A stretch of 64,000 nucleotides of DNA, from positions 1 through 64,000 of the IMG/VR virus record IMGVR_UViG_3300037067_007090. One strand, given 5' to 3'. Shown here in pieces: positions 19,256-30,421 of the stretch. Under the pieces are notes generated by a model. The model saw only the letters and a program-made list of their open reading frames with translations, had not been told where the DNA came from and made no database searches. Each line of letters opens with the position of its first letter. Position 1 is the first letter of the stretch. The position numbers and the translations under genes were made by a program. The stretch is from a virus (lineage: Duplodnaviria > Caudoviricetes).

Positions 19256-20635
19256 ATGACTGACGATTACCCGGTCCTAAATGGAGGATCTACAACCAGC
19301 CAAAACATTTCCTGCTTCAGCAGATATCAAATGAACAGCGTGAAATGTCTATCCTGTGTTGCAGGGTCTCATTGCTATGATGAAAGAGAGAAACGCAAGG
19401 GTAAAGGTTTTGCACCATGACAACAGACAAGCAGCCGAAGGGATACGATTGCACAAAACCGCCCAAGGACATGTGCCCCAAAGATGCAACCTGTGGGCAT
19501 TGTTTTTGGTGGTCGAATAAGACGGAAGCTCGTTCCCACCCAGTCATCGCCCCGCTAGAGGGAGCCGCAAAAAGACTTTTTCCCACGCCCCTCTGCCAGA
19601 AATGTCCCATATATTTAGTCGGGCGTGGTTGCATCCACGAACTTGCGTATGAAAGTTCTGGGGTGTGCGGTGCCGGAATTACCGCGATAGAGCAGGCAGC
19701 CCGGGAGAAAGTGCTGGAAGAAAATCTAGCACTAATCCGCGATGTCATCTCAAAAGATCAATCCGGTCTTGCAGAGGCGTTGGCAAAAATACAATCTCTC
19801 GCAAAAGGATACGACTGGATCCCGGCCGGGGAATGGGGAAGTTACGACTATACGCAGCGTACAGTAGAAACGCTCCAAAAAGAATGCGGGTATCTTCTGG
19901 AGGAAATTGAAAAGATTGCATACGAAGGATTGCGAGATTCTGGAAACAGAGTTATTGCACATGTCCGGTCCTGTGAAGAATCCCTCCGTCATAAGGAGCA
20001 ACCATGACCAACAACTGTAGTCATTATAAACAAAATAATATCGTTAAATTCACTGATAAAAATTATCATCAATGTGAAACTTGCATGTGGATCGACCCAA
20101 AAGATAAAACCCAATGCCACCCACCGGATTATGATTGCTGTGGAACGGAAGATGATTTTTATGAGTTAAACGAAACTTTAACCGATTTATATTGGATAAA
20201 GGGGAGACTTGAAACAGCATTAAAAGAAAACCGATGCATTCGAAATGAATTTGAAACCGTATCGGAGCGTTTAAATAAAATTATCAAATTTTGTGAGTTT
20301 ATTAAATATCTAAATAAAGAGAAACCATGACCGAAAACACCAAAAACCAATATCGATGCGAGACGTGTTGTAATTACGCATCTACAGATTGCCCATCTGA
20401 AACAAACAAACTGTTATTTGATATCAATCATAATAATTTTTTGGGGTTCTCAATACAACGTGATAAAATGTATAATATTACAGAAACAATTGGTTGCGCT
20501 TCACACTCTTCCTTTATTAAAAATCCCACTAAACACTTAAGTAATCTTATCAAACACTTTGAAGCAATGGATGACCACGAAGATTTGTATCTTTGTGATA
20601 TTATTGCATTGTTGAAAGGTGAGATTGAAACATAA
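19256..20635 (+). CDS. four coupled Cys-rich hypothetical ORFs (19256-19420, 19417-20007, 20004-20330, 20327-20635)
   Basis: ATGA overlaps; CxxC motifs; first two have visibly higher GC. Confidence 0.55.
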
Positions 20636-20737
20636 ATTTACATAACAAACCTTTAAATATAAATAAAACATAACTATATCACGCGTGTAAACGCAATTCT
20701 GTATAGTTATCAGAACATAAATTTTTGGGAGACCCAA

Positions 20738-23096
20738 ATGGAAACTTACGAAGATAAACTCATTAAAGAACGATATTGCGTCGATGGAGAAAATAGTTAT
20801 CCCGATGTTTGTGAACGTGTAGCGCGATTCATTTCAAGCAACGACGAACAATATCATCAGTTCAAGAAAATTCTTGTAGATAAAGATTTTTTGCCCAACT
20901 CACCAACCCTGATGAATGCCGGAACTTCTAACCCCGCCTTGTCAGCGTGTTTCTTTTTGCCGGTAGAAGATACAATTGAAAGTATTTTTGATGCTAACAA
21001 AAATGCAGCAAAAATCTTCGCTCGTGGGGGCGGGGTCGGATTCAATTTCTCAAAACTCCGACCCGCTGGAAGCAAAGTTGGAAAACGCAACGGTGTTTCC
21101 TCCGGTGTGGTTTCATTTATGGAAGTTTTTAACACAATGACAGAGGTTGTCAAGCAAGGAGGCCGTCGCCGGGGAGCTATGATGGGATGCCTTGATATTG
21201 CGCATCCAGAAATCAAAAACTTTGTGACATGTAAACAGACAGAAGGAAAACTCTCTAACTTTAATATCTCTGTCAAACTCACAGATGAATTCATGAAGAA
21301 TCCCACACCCGAAATCATGAACTTGATTGTGAACGGAATTTACAATAACGGAGAGCCGGGAATTCTGTTCAAAGATACAATCGAAAAGTATAACCCGGCT
21401 CCCGAATATGGAGAACTCAATACAAATCCATTAAACTCCGTGTGGATTTAAAATCGCGTAAATTGCTGGAACACCCTTAAGCATCTCTAACTACAACGCA
21501 ATCAGAAATGATAAACGTGAACGTTTTAAAAATAGAAATGATTGGGCAATCAGCAGCCAAGCATCTTATCAATAAGATGAAGGTTCAGAGACTATAGACG
21601 CGACATCGATGATATAGTCCGATCTCATATGAGAATATGAGAGTGTGACAGAAATGATCACACCTGCAACGAAGCATCGTTGCTGTAACAAAAAACCTCT
21701 TGGCGGGGAGGCTCTATTAGAATCATGGGGGAGCTGCAACTTGGGTAGCATCAACCTTTCCCACCACATAAAAGACAATGCAATTGACTACGACAAACTC
21801 AAAGCCACAATAGACACAGCGGTTATATTCCTCAATAATGTAATCGACAAAAACAAATACCCACTCCAAGAAATTGACTTTGCATCCAAGCGAACGCGCA
21901 AGATCGGTCTCGGTGTTATGGGATTCCACGACGCGTTGATTAAAATGGGGATTCCTTATAATAGTCAGAAGGCACTTGATATTGCCGAAGAAATTATGAA
22001 ATTTATTAATGAGCGCGCACATGAAGTGTCAGAGTCATTGGGTAAGAATCCGAATATCAAACAGAACAGGTTAAATGCTTCATTGACTTCGATTGCACCA
22101 ACGGGAACAATTAGTATTATTGCGGGTGCTTCATCAGGTATCGAACCCGCATTTAATTGGGTATATACGCGGCATGACACGTTGGGCGAACATTATATTG
22201 TGCATCCGTTGTTTGAAGAAGCGTTGAAAAATCTAATGACTGATCTTAATGGCAAAGTAGGATTCTTCGTAACCGTGGATGGCGTAAAATATGATACGTT
22301 GGATGGAACGAGACAAGCCATTATTAGACACTGCCATGAAAAGGGGACGATTCGCGATATAGAATTTTTACCAGATTCTTTCAAACTCCTCTACCAAAAC
22401 GCAATGGACATCCCTTCATCAATGCACGTAAAAATGCAGGCCACATTCCAAAAGAATGTGGATATGTCCATTTCAAAAACAATCAACCTTCCAAACTCTG
22501 CTACTAAAGAAGAAATCAAACAGATCATTATTGACGCGTGGAAGAGTGGTTGTAAAGGTCTTACAATCTATCGCAATGGTAGCCGTGAGAATGAAGTGTT
22601 GGCACTTAAGAAACCCGTGGTTGTTGAAAGTATCGTAGATTGGATCGAAACTGAAAATGCTTTCTACGAATCCAAAACCCCCGCTGTAATTTACAAAGTC
22701 CATAGTGGATGCGGGAAATTCTATGTTATCATTGGCCACGACAAAGAGGAACCAACAATGATCTTTGTGGAAGGTGATGGTGTTGGTGGGTGTCAGGCAA
22801 ATATGGCAGCAATGGGGCGTTCTATTTCGGCAGGATTGGAATGGGGGACACCAGCAGAGAACTATGTAAAACAATTCTCTAAAGTAAAGTGCATGACGGC
22901 GATGCAGAACAAATTATCGTGTGGTAAATCGTGCGCGGATATTACAGGAAAATGTTTGGACGATGCGATAAAAATGTTAATGCCCAAAAGTATAAAGGTT
23001 GAAGCAACAGAAGAAAAATGTTGTGACGCGCCGCATTATGTGATGGAAGGCGGATGCAGGATTTGTACGAATTGTGGCAAAAGTAGGTGTTCGTGA
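20738..23096 (+). CDS. nrdJ: class II (B12-dependent) ribonucleotide reductase, two exons (20738-21431 + 21703-23096), C-terminal TSCPD-like/Zn-ribbon domain
   Basis: FLPNSPTLMN, ACF, GGGVG, QGGRRRGA, spliced TNP-C-GE, SCNLGSINL, RKIGLGVMG, IAPTGTIS, SISKTINL, GCKGLTIYR. Confidence 0.92.
21432..21702 (+). mobile_element. group I self-splicing intron (271 nt, no ORF)
   Basis: Core elements AATTGCTGGAAC (P), AATCAGCAGC (Q), GTTCAGAGACTATA (R), GATATAGTCC (S); P1 AAATCCAT/GTGGATTT with U-G at the 5' splice site; P10 CTCCGT/GCGGGG; terminal G; removal restores the NPCGE frame. Confidence 0.93.
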
Positions 23097-23413
23097 TGGT
23101 TAATCAAAAACTAACACCCCCACTACCGTGCCATAGAACCGGAGAAATCTACATCAACTTCGAAGATTGTAACCAAGACATTCTCTTATTTTGTGCGTTT
23201 CGATACGCTCTCGGTCGTCAAACTTATGTTGTCAGCACTATCGCTGATATCATAAAAGCAAACTGGGATCATATGCCACAGAGTAGAAGAAATCTTTTTA
23301 GAAAAGAAATAGAAGAAGCGATTGAAAAGGGATATGCGGGTAGTGTAAATATTGATGTGCCGGAATGGTTGTCGATTTTGCACTTGGTTGATACGGTGGT
23401 TGGAAATGATTGA
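23087..23413 (+). CDS. hypothetical protein
   Basis: Coupled ORF (CAFRYALGRQTY motif). Confidence 0.55.
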   Translation: MFVMVNQKLTPPLPCHRTGEIYINFEDCNQDILLFCAFRYALGRQTYVVSTIADIIKANWDHMPQSRRNLFRKEIEEAIEKGYAGSVNIDVPEWLSILHLVDTVVGND

Positions 23414-23780
23414 CAAAAATGAAAAACTATTACCATGTCCATTTTGTGGAAGTAACGATCTAGAAATAGTGCCAGATCTGGCAGAAGATGATAACAACCG
23501 AATTTATGCATATCATGTTTTTTGTAAAGATTGCTATGCGAGGGGGAGAAATCTCTATCCTCATTGTTGGTGCGAATCCGAACAACAAGCAATCGAAGCG
23601 TGGAACAATAGATTTATTCCAGCAATGATACCTGATGAAGTTGATGATAACCGTGTTCAATTATCTACAGATGCATTATTTATTATTAGAAGAGAACTTA
23701 TGAATTCTGAAAATATAATTAAACATATAAACGATCTTTTAACGCCAATTCAAATGGTTTCAAAAAAGGAGAAAAAATGA
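23406..23780 (+). CDS. Lar-family restriction alleviation-like Zn-finger protein
   Basis: LLPCPFCGS...VFCKDC...EQQAIEAWNNR. Confidence 0.75.
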   Translation: MIDKNEKLLPCPFCGSNDLEIVPDLAEDDNNRIYAYHVFCKDCYARGRNLYPHCWCESEQQAIEAWNNRFIPAMIPDEVDDNRVQLSTDALFIIRRELMNSENIIKHINDLLTPIQMVSKKEKK

Positions 23781-24006
23781 TTAAGTTTATAGCATTTACG
23801 TGTTGTGCGACTTGCGAACATAAGAAAACAAAAGAAAGTTCGTGTCATACAAATATGACTTGTGATCTTGATAACAGCGAGACGGATGATAATCTTGTTT
23901 GTGGGCAATGGAATATGAGCGAGTGTTTGAAGAGGTTTACGAATAAAGAGTAACAACATTTAATAACTATTAGAACGTATACTATTTACTATGAAAGGTA
24001 ACAATC

Positions 24007-25014
24007 ATGTATAATGGAATTAAACGATGCTCAAATTACGAAGATGTAGATGCAACAATAGGATTATTGCATCTGTTATTTGGAGAAGTTCAATATGGAT
24101 ATTATTTCAACTCCCGCATTCAAAAACCCGGGTTCCTGAAATACAGTATGTATTTTACTACACCTTTTGACAACATCGCCGAAAAAGAATATGGTGATCA
24201 CAATGGGTTTTGCAAAGAAGAACACAAAACGTTTGAAAAGTGGGGGGTAATTAACGGAGAAAAAACAAAAGACTTAATGCAACATATCCCGCTACAATAT
24301 GATGATCATTCTCCGGCAGTATCATACGATTGTAACCACGGAAACCAATTTGATCGTGTTACCCCAACATACAAAGAAGCAATAACACGAAACATATGGT
24401 TTAATAACACATCAAGTCGGGGATTTTTTGAGCAGTTCAAGCGAAAGAACCGAAACCAAATTCTTGAAGATCTCGAACGTTCAATGTTGTATCAGGTTAC
24501 ATTTGATATTCCATTTGATGTTTTATCTGAGCATATAGTTATTGACAAAATTCAATATAATGGAGAAAACGAAAGTCACATCAATTTATATGCTCCAAAA
24601 GACACATCAAACCCAGTTCAAGAATTATTGAGAGATCTTGTTCGGGTGGAGTCCGTATTAACAGAAATGGCAAATTGCATCAACGAGATAAAATCCGATC
24701 CGGAAAAATATAAAAGAGATAATACCGAAGACTCATGGGCAAAAGAATGTTGTAAAGACGGGTACAACATGGAAAATGCAGAAGTCCTTCTGACAAAGTG
24801 CCAAAAAGCATTTAAACAGATGGAAGAAGTGTTATATCAGGCGCGATATTTTGATGTCAATGCGGAGCCGAAAATATCGGATATTACAAAATGTGCTCAT
24901 AAAAAATGCACTCGCAACGCAGCAGAAGGCAGCAAATTCTGTGATCAATGCATCCAACTCCCTACAAAAGAATGTAACTATTGTGAAGTGGGAAAATTTA
25001 ATACGCGCATATAA
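24007..25014 (+). CDS. hypothetical protein, C-terminal Cys-rich
   Basis: 335-aa ORF; no family recognised. Confidence 0.6.
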   Translation: MYNGIKRCSNYEDVDATIGLLHLLFGEVQYGYYFNSRIQKPGFLKYSMYFTTPFDNIAEKEYGDHNGFCKEEHKTFEKWGVINGEKTKDLMQHIPLQYDDHSPAVSYDCNHGNQFDRVTPTYKEAITRNIWFNNTSSRGFFEQFKRKNRNQILEDLERSMLYQVTFDIPFDVLSEHIVIDKIQYNGENESHINLYAPKDTSNPVQELLRDLVRVESVLTEMANCINEIKSDPEKYKRDNTEDSWAKECCKDGYNMENAEVLLTKCQKAFKQMEEVLYQARYFDVNAEPKISDITKCAHKKCTRNAAEGSKFCDQCIQLPTKECNYCEVGKFNTRI

Positions 25015-25090
25015 GTATAGATAGTGCAGAAACAATAGAACGATTTATAAAAACGAAGACGGCGAAGCAAATTTGTAAGGAGAAATAAAA

Positions 25091-25633
25091 ATGAAAACTG
25101 GAACAAAATCTCTGTTGTGGGGCGTACATCAAATATTTTGGCATCCACTAACTGTTACACTCGCATGGAAAGAACTCTATAAATCGTGGCCATCATGGAA
25201 AGAATTTGTTTGTATCTTCATCCACGATTTGGGATATTGGGGATGCCCAAATATGGATGGCACAGAGGGAGAAAATCATCCGGTGTGGGCAGCGAGTTTT
25301 GCAGCAAAATATCTCGATACAAAAACCGATACAGAATGGCGGCATTATAGAAATTTATGTTTATATCATTCTCGGCATTTTGCAAGAGCACGAAACACAA
25401 TTCCATCCAAACTTTGTTGGGCCGACAAACTATGTTACAAATATGATCCCGTTTGGTTCTACACACTGCGCGCCAAATTGAGTGGTGAAATAAAAGAATA
25501 CCGCGCGCTTCCTCAAAGCCAAAACTTTAAAGGCTCTGATTCTGACTGGTATAGAGAACAAAGAAAATTATATATTAAACTTGCACTTTCACAGAAAGCA
25601 GATACTATTCCGTATCAGGATGTGAAGAATTGA
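25091..25633 (+). CDS. HD-domain phosphohydrolase-like protein
   Basis: H...IHDLG...H...YHS...ADK spacing typical of the HD fold. Confidence 0.65.
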   Translation: MKTGTKSLLWGVHQIFWHPLTVTLAWKELYKSWPSWKEFVCIFIHDLGYWGCPNMDGTEGENHPVWAASFAAKYLDTKTDTEWRHYRNLCLYHSRHFARARNTIPSKLCWADKLCYKYDPVWFYTLRAKLSGEIKEYRALPQSQNFKGSDSDWYREQRKLYIKLALSQKADTIPYQDVKN

Positions 25634-25868
25634 TTAGAATAAAAATAATAGAAAATGCTGGAAATCATTTTGCTCAACGATTTTTAAAAAATTGTTTTGG
25701 TGGTGATGAAGCAGTAGCATACCTCGCATCCCAAAAAGCACATTGGCTTGAAAATCACGAAAGGGAAATTGGATTTCTCACTAAAGAATTCGGGGATTTA
25801 AAAATATCGATTGGAGATGATTATGAGTTGTTTGATTCCGAATACACCGATTTATTTGAGGTTGTTGA

Positions 25869-27425
25869 ATGATTATCCAAGGCGACGCTTTAACAGTTTT
25901 GAAAAGGATGGATAGTGAGTCAGTGCATTGTGCGGTAACGTCAAGTCCATATTATGGATTGCGTTCGTACAATACCGAACCACAAATATGGGATGGAGAT
26001 CCAAACTGCCAACATGAATGGGGGGAAGTTCATCCACCGGGATATAGATCATCTGATACAAAACCGGGTCCAATGCAACATGAAGGGAATACGCACCGTG
26101 AGAATTTGCGAAGTGATATTTGTTCAAAGTGTGGAGCGTGGAAAGGTGAACTGGGACAAGAGCCTACACCTGAATTGTTTGTTAAACACCTAACAACTAT
26201 CTTTCATGAATTAAAAAGGATTTTAAGAAGCGACGGTGTTTTCTGGATGAATATTGGGGATAGTTATTGTGCTTCTAAATGCGGATCGTTCAACGGTGGA
26301 TCAGATATTCTTAAAGGAAGAAATCTTGAAGGTCACTCTAAATCCGGGAATGTAGATAAGTCAAAACTTATGGGAATGAAACCCAAAGACCTTATTGGTA
26401 TCCCGTGGGCTTTAGCATTTTCTATGCGCTCCGATGGTGCCTCATCACCACAGACAATGTATACAGTAGAAAAAATCAAAACTTCGTTGCTTCGAGATTA
26501 TGATACTTGGAATGACGTTCCAAAACATACTAAAAGAACAATTGAAGATTTGGATGAAGAGTGGTTAAAAGCAAGTAAGGGGGGTTGGTATCTCCGTTCT
26601 GATATTCCTTGGGTAAAAAGAAATTCACTTCCATCATCTGTAACAGATCGCCCCGGCTCTTCCATTGAACACATATTCTTATTCTCAAAATCACAGAAAT
26701 ATTACTATGACTACATAGCAACAATGCAACTTTCATCAGAATCTTACAACAAAGATAAAAGACCGCGCGGTGTTATTCGTCAATGCGTAAACACAAACTC
26801 CAAGTATCCAGATGGGGGGCAATTTAAAAAGCAAGATAACACAGGGAATGAAACTTACACAGGATTTAACGCTCGCTATGAACCTAATGGTTATGGCCTT
26901 CGTTACATGCGGGATTCCGATTTCTTCTTCAAGACATGGCAAGGACTTCTTCACAATGAAGATGGTGAACCAATGGCTCTTGTGGTAAATCCGAAACCGT
27001 ATAAAGGTTCACATTTTGCCGCATATCCGATAAGGCTTGTAGAACCCCTAATTCTCGCGGGAACATCAGAAAAAGGCGTTTGCCCACATTGTGGAGCGCC
27101 GTGGGTTAGAGTTGCGAAAAAAGAATCATATATAACTCGCCCCACCATTGGTTCTGATGATCAGAAGCAAAAACTCAATCCCGGTAATGCGCAGGGATTA
27201 GAACGCACTGGTGGTCATGTTGCTCAAATTACTGAAACCATAGATTGGCAACCATCTTGTAATTGCACAAATAACATACCAGTTCCCGCCACAATTCTCG
27301 ATCCCTTCTCCGGCTCATCAGCAACCGGTGTCGCTTGTAAACTCCATAATCGTGATTATATTGGTATAGAACTCAATCCTGAATATTGTGAACTTGGAAG
27401 AAAACGTATTCGTGAAGGCAAATAA
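25869..27425 (+). CDS. DNA N4-cytosine/N6-adenine methyltransferase (beta class)
   Basis: IIQGDAL, catalytic-type TSSPYY near N-terminus, WMNIGDSY, HFAAYP, C-terminal LDPFSGSATTG...YIGIELN. Confidence 0.88.
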   Translation: MIIQGDALTVLKRMDSESVHCAVTSSPYYGLRSYNTEPQIWDGDPNCQHEWGEVHPPGYRSSDTKPGPMQHEGNTHRENLRSDICSKCGAWKGELGQEPTPELFVKHLTTIFHELKRILRSDGVFWMNIGDSYCASKCGSFNGGSDILKGRNLEGHSKSGNVDKSKLMGMKPKDLIGIPWALAFSMRSDGASSPQTMYTVEKIKTSLLRDYDTWNDVPKHTKRTIEDLDEEWLKASKGGWYLRSDIPWVKRNSLPSSVTDRPGSSIEHIFLFSKSQKYYYDYIATMQLSSESYNKDKRPRGVIRQCVNTNSKYPDGGQFKKQDNTGNETYTGFNARYEPNGYGLRYMRDSDFFFKTWQGLLHNEDGEPMALVVNPKPYKGSHFAAYPIRLVEPLILAGTSEKGVCPHCGAPWVRVAKKESYITRPTIGSDDQKQKLNPGNAQGLERTGGHVAQITETIDWQPSCNCTNNIPVPATILDPFSGSSATGVACKLHNRDYIGIELNPEYCELGRKRIREGK

Positions 27426-27470
27426 CCCACCACAACCTTTTTATATTAACGCGTCCTATCTTATTACAAT

Positions 27471-28259
27471 ATGCCTCCTCTCGTTTCTGTTATCATTCCA
27501 ACTCACAACCGCAACCTATCTTTAAAACGAGCAATCCAAAGTGTCCTAGATCAGACTTTTACAGATTATGAAATTATTGTTGTAGATGACACATGGGCAA
27601 CCAACGAAATTTCCGATAATTATCCAAATGTCCATTTTCTTCATATACCTACAACATCATATCCAGCCATATCCAGAAACATGGGCATTAAAGTTTCAAA
27701 TGGAAAATACATTGCCTTTTTAGATGATGATGATGTTTGGTATCCAGAAAAATTAGCATCGCAGATATCAAGATTATTAATAGACCCAAAATTAGGATTG
27801 GTTTGCAGTAACGGGAACATAGGAAAAGATTTATATATTAAAAGAAATATTACAAATGAACCCGACATGCTTCCACAGGAAATAATAGGGGATTTCGTTG
27901 TAACATCGTCATGTGTAATTCGCAGAAGTTTATTGGAAAAAACAGGTCTATACAACCTGCTCCCACTTTGTGAAGACTATGATTTCTCAATAAGATTTGT
28001 AGCAACAACACAAATTTATTACGACCCGACACCTTTGTTTGAATATACTATTTCAGAAAATAGTATACAAAAACGAAGTAACTATTCCTTTGTTGCTTAT
28101 CACCAAAACGTTATAAAAGTAATGGAAAATTTACGAGAATTTTTAAAAAGGAACAATCTGGAAAAACCAGAAACATCGTTTTTAATTCATTATAGAATTC
28201 TCGATGAAAAAATAATGGTAATGTGGAATATAGTTAAAGATTTTATTAGAGGATATTAA
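27471..28259 (+). CDS. GT2 glycosyltransferase
   Basis: VSVIIPTHNR, VVDD, SRNMGI, AFLDDDD, EDYD. Confidence 0.9.
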   Translation: MPPLVSVIIPTHNRNLSLKRAIQSVLDQTFTDYEIIVVDDTWATNEISDNYPNVHFLHIPTTSYPAISRNMGIKVSNGKYIAFLDDDDVWYPEKLASQISRLLIDPKLGLVCSNGNIGKDLYIKRNITNEPDMLPQEIIGDFVVTSSCVIRRSLLEKTGLYNLLPLCEDYDFSIRFVATTQIYYDPTPLFEYTISENSIQKRSNYSFVAYHQNVIKVMENLREFLKRNNLEKPETSFLIHYRILDEKIMVMWNIVKDFIRGY

Positions 28260-29252
28260 ATGACAAAAATCTTTTTCGCCGGAGATATGCGCAGTCCTTT
28301 TATACAAGGAGATGCAGAACTTTTAAAGGAAGATCACGATGTTTTTATTTTTAACACCCCGATCAAAAAAATGGATTTTCCGCTTTATCTATTTAAATGT
28401 TTTCAACAAGTTTTAAATATTAGAAAATCAAATCTCGTCTGGGTTTGGTTTGCAGATTGCCCGGCACTACCATTAGTTATTATTGCAAAAATATTTAATA
28501 TACCCACAGCTGTGAATGTCGGTGGATTTGAAGTTTCTGGAATATCTGAAATTAATTATGGAAATCAACTTAAACCAATCCGTGGATATGTTTCAAGATG
28601 GATTATAAGAAATGCAACAGAAATTATTGTTCCTTCCCCCGTATACAATGTTAAAACATTAAAAGTTGGTATAGGAATAAAATTGATGGATAATACATTT
28701 GCATTGCCCGAAGACGATTATTATTTTGAAAATTATTACTTAACCCACACAATGGCTCATATAATCACAATTCCGAATTGGGTTGATACGGAAACTTGTG
28801 ATATACCACTTCCACAAAAAGAAGATCTTGCTGTAACCGCCGTGTGTTCGAAACATGCGTATGCTTATAAAGGAATTTCAATATTTCAAGAAGCATCAAA
28901 AAATATTCTTTATAACACAAAAATATTAGAACATCTCCCACGAAAAGAATACGAGGACTATTTGAAACGCGCCAAAGTCTATTGCCAACTTTCACGCGAT
29001 GAAACATTTGGTATCTCACTTGTAGAGGCAATGGCATATGGTTGTGTGCCTGTTGTTAGCGATAAAGGTGCTTTGCCGTGGATTGTAGAAGACACGGGTA
29101 TTATCGTGCCTTATGGAGATGTTACAGCAACTATTAATGCAATTAATAAAGCAATGACTATGGACGGTTCAAAAGCGCGTGAGCGCGCACGTTATTTCAG
29201 CCGTGAAAGAAAACAAGAATCGGTGAAACAACTCATCAAGGAATTAATATGA
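28260..29252 (+). CDS. GT4 (GT-B) glycosyltransferase
   Basis: ETFGISLVEAMAYGCVPVVSD. Confidence 0.88.
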   Translation: MTKIFFAGDMRSPFIQGDAELLKEDHDVFIFNTPIKKMDFPLYLFKCFQQVLNIRKSNLVWVWFADCPALPLVIIAKIFNIPTAVNVGGFEVSGISEINYGNQLKPIRGYVSRWIIRNATEIIVPSPVYNVKTLKVGIGIKLMDNTFALPEDDYYFENYYLTHTMAHIITIPNWVDTETCDIPLPQKEDLAVTAVCSKHAYAYKGISIFQEASKNILYNTKILEHLPRKEYEDYLKRAKVYCQLSRDETFGISLVEAMAYGCVPVVSDKGALPWIVEDTGIIVPYGDVTATINAINKAMTMDGSKARERARYFSRERKQESVKQLIKELI

Positions 29253-30421
29253 CACGTATTCTTATACTCGGAGACTACCCACTACCCAATGAAACAATAA
29301 CCGGCGGAATAATGCGGTCAGTTTATTTAACTGCCAATGCATTATCAAAATTGTGCCCAGAATATGACTTTCACGTATTGACAATCACGGATGGAATTGA
29401 TAAATCTTTTGTGTCAATCAACAAAAATCTTGCAATCCATTATATCCATTTTCCTTTAAGAAACAAACCAATCTTGGTTCCAAAATTCCTTTCCAAGCAA
29501 TTGATATTGCATGAAATAAATAAAATAAAACCAGATTTAATCCACGCCAATGGTTCAAGCTGGGAATATGGATACCCAGCAATTGCATATAAAAAATGTC
29601 CTGTTCTTATAACTGTTCACGGAGTGTCACACAATGAATCAAAATATTGGTCTGGTCTAAAAGGCGCGTGGCATCGTATAAGTTGTTGTAAAATGGAATC
29701 ACACATCTTTGAAAAAATGGAAAACGTTGTTGCCGTTTCTTATTATGTAGAAAGAGAAATGAGAAAATGCATATCGAAAACACAATATGGAAACTATGCG
29801 ATACATGTAGATGTCATTTCCAACCCGGTTGATCCATGTTTTATGGATGTTACAACAAAATACACAATACCAAATCTATTATTATATGTTGGGGGGATTG
29901 AAAAACGAAAAGGATTAGACGTTCTTATCCGATCACTTTATATAGTTAAAAAACAAATGCCTTATATAAAATTGAATGTCGTTGGTTCGATACGAAGTCC
30001 TATATATTGCGCAGATATAATGAAACTCATTTCCGATTTGGATTTAATTGACAATGTGAATTTTGTTGGAAAAGTAAGCGATACATTATTAATGAAAGAA
30101 TATTCTAATGCATCAATATATATTTCACCTTCATATGAAGAATCAGAGGGTATAACCATTCTTGAAGCGATGGCTACAGGAACACCAGTAATAGCAACCC
30201 GGTCGGGCGGTTCGGAAAGTATAATAAAAGATGGTGTTGATGGATTGTTGGTAAAAAACGGAAACCACGAAGAACTAGCATTTAAGATTTTAATTTGTGG
30301 TGATGCATTAAAAGAGCAACTTGGAAAAGGAGGGAGGGAAACAGCATTGAAATATTTACCGGAGAATATTGCGAAACAGTATATGGAAGTTTACAGGAGG
30401 TTGTTGAAATGCCAAAACTAA
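29249..30421 (+). CDS. GT4 (GT-B) glycosyltransferase
   Basis: KRKGLDVL, ESEGITILEAMATGTPVI. Confidence 0.9.
   Translation: MTRILILGDYPLPNETITGGIMRSVYLTANALSKLCPEYDFHVLTITDGIDKSFVSINKNLAIHYIHFPLRNKPILVPKFLSKQLILHEINKIKPDLIHANGSSWEYGYPAIAYKKCPVLITVHGVSHNESKYWSGLKGAWHRISCCKMESHIFEKMENVVAVSYYVEREMRKCISKTQYGNYAIHVDVISNPVDPCFMDVTTKYTIPNLLLYVGGIEKRKGLDVLIRSLYIVKKQMPYIKLNVVGSIRSPIYCADIMKLISDLDLIDNVNFVGKVSDTLLMKEYSNASIYISPSYEESEGITILEAMATGTPVIATRSGGSESIIKDGVDGLLVKNGNHEELAFKILICGDALKEQLGKGGRETALKYLPENIAKQYMEVYRRLLKCQN

Noticed and set aside
20738-23096. RNR as a broken pseudogene or split two-gene enzyme
   Set aside because: The gap is a well-formed group I intron whose removal restores frame and the catalytic NPCGE motif.
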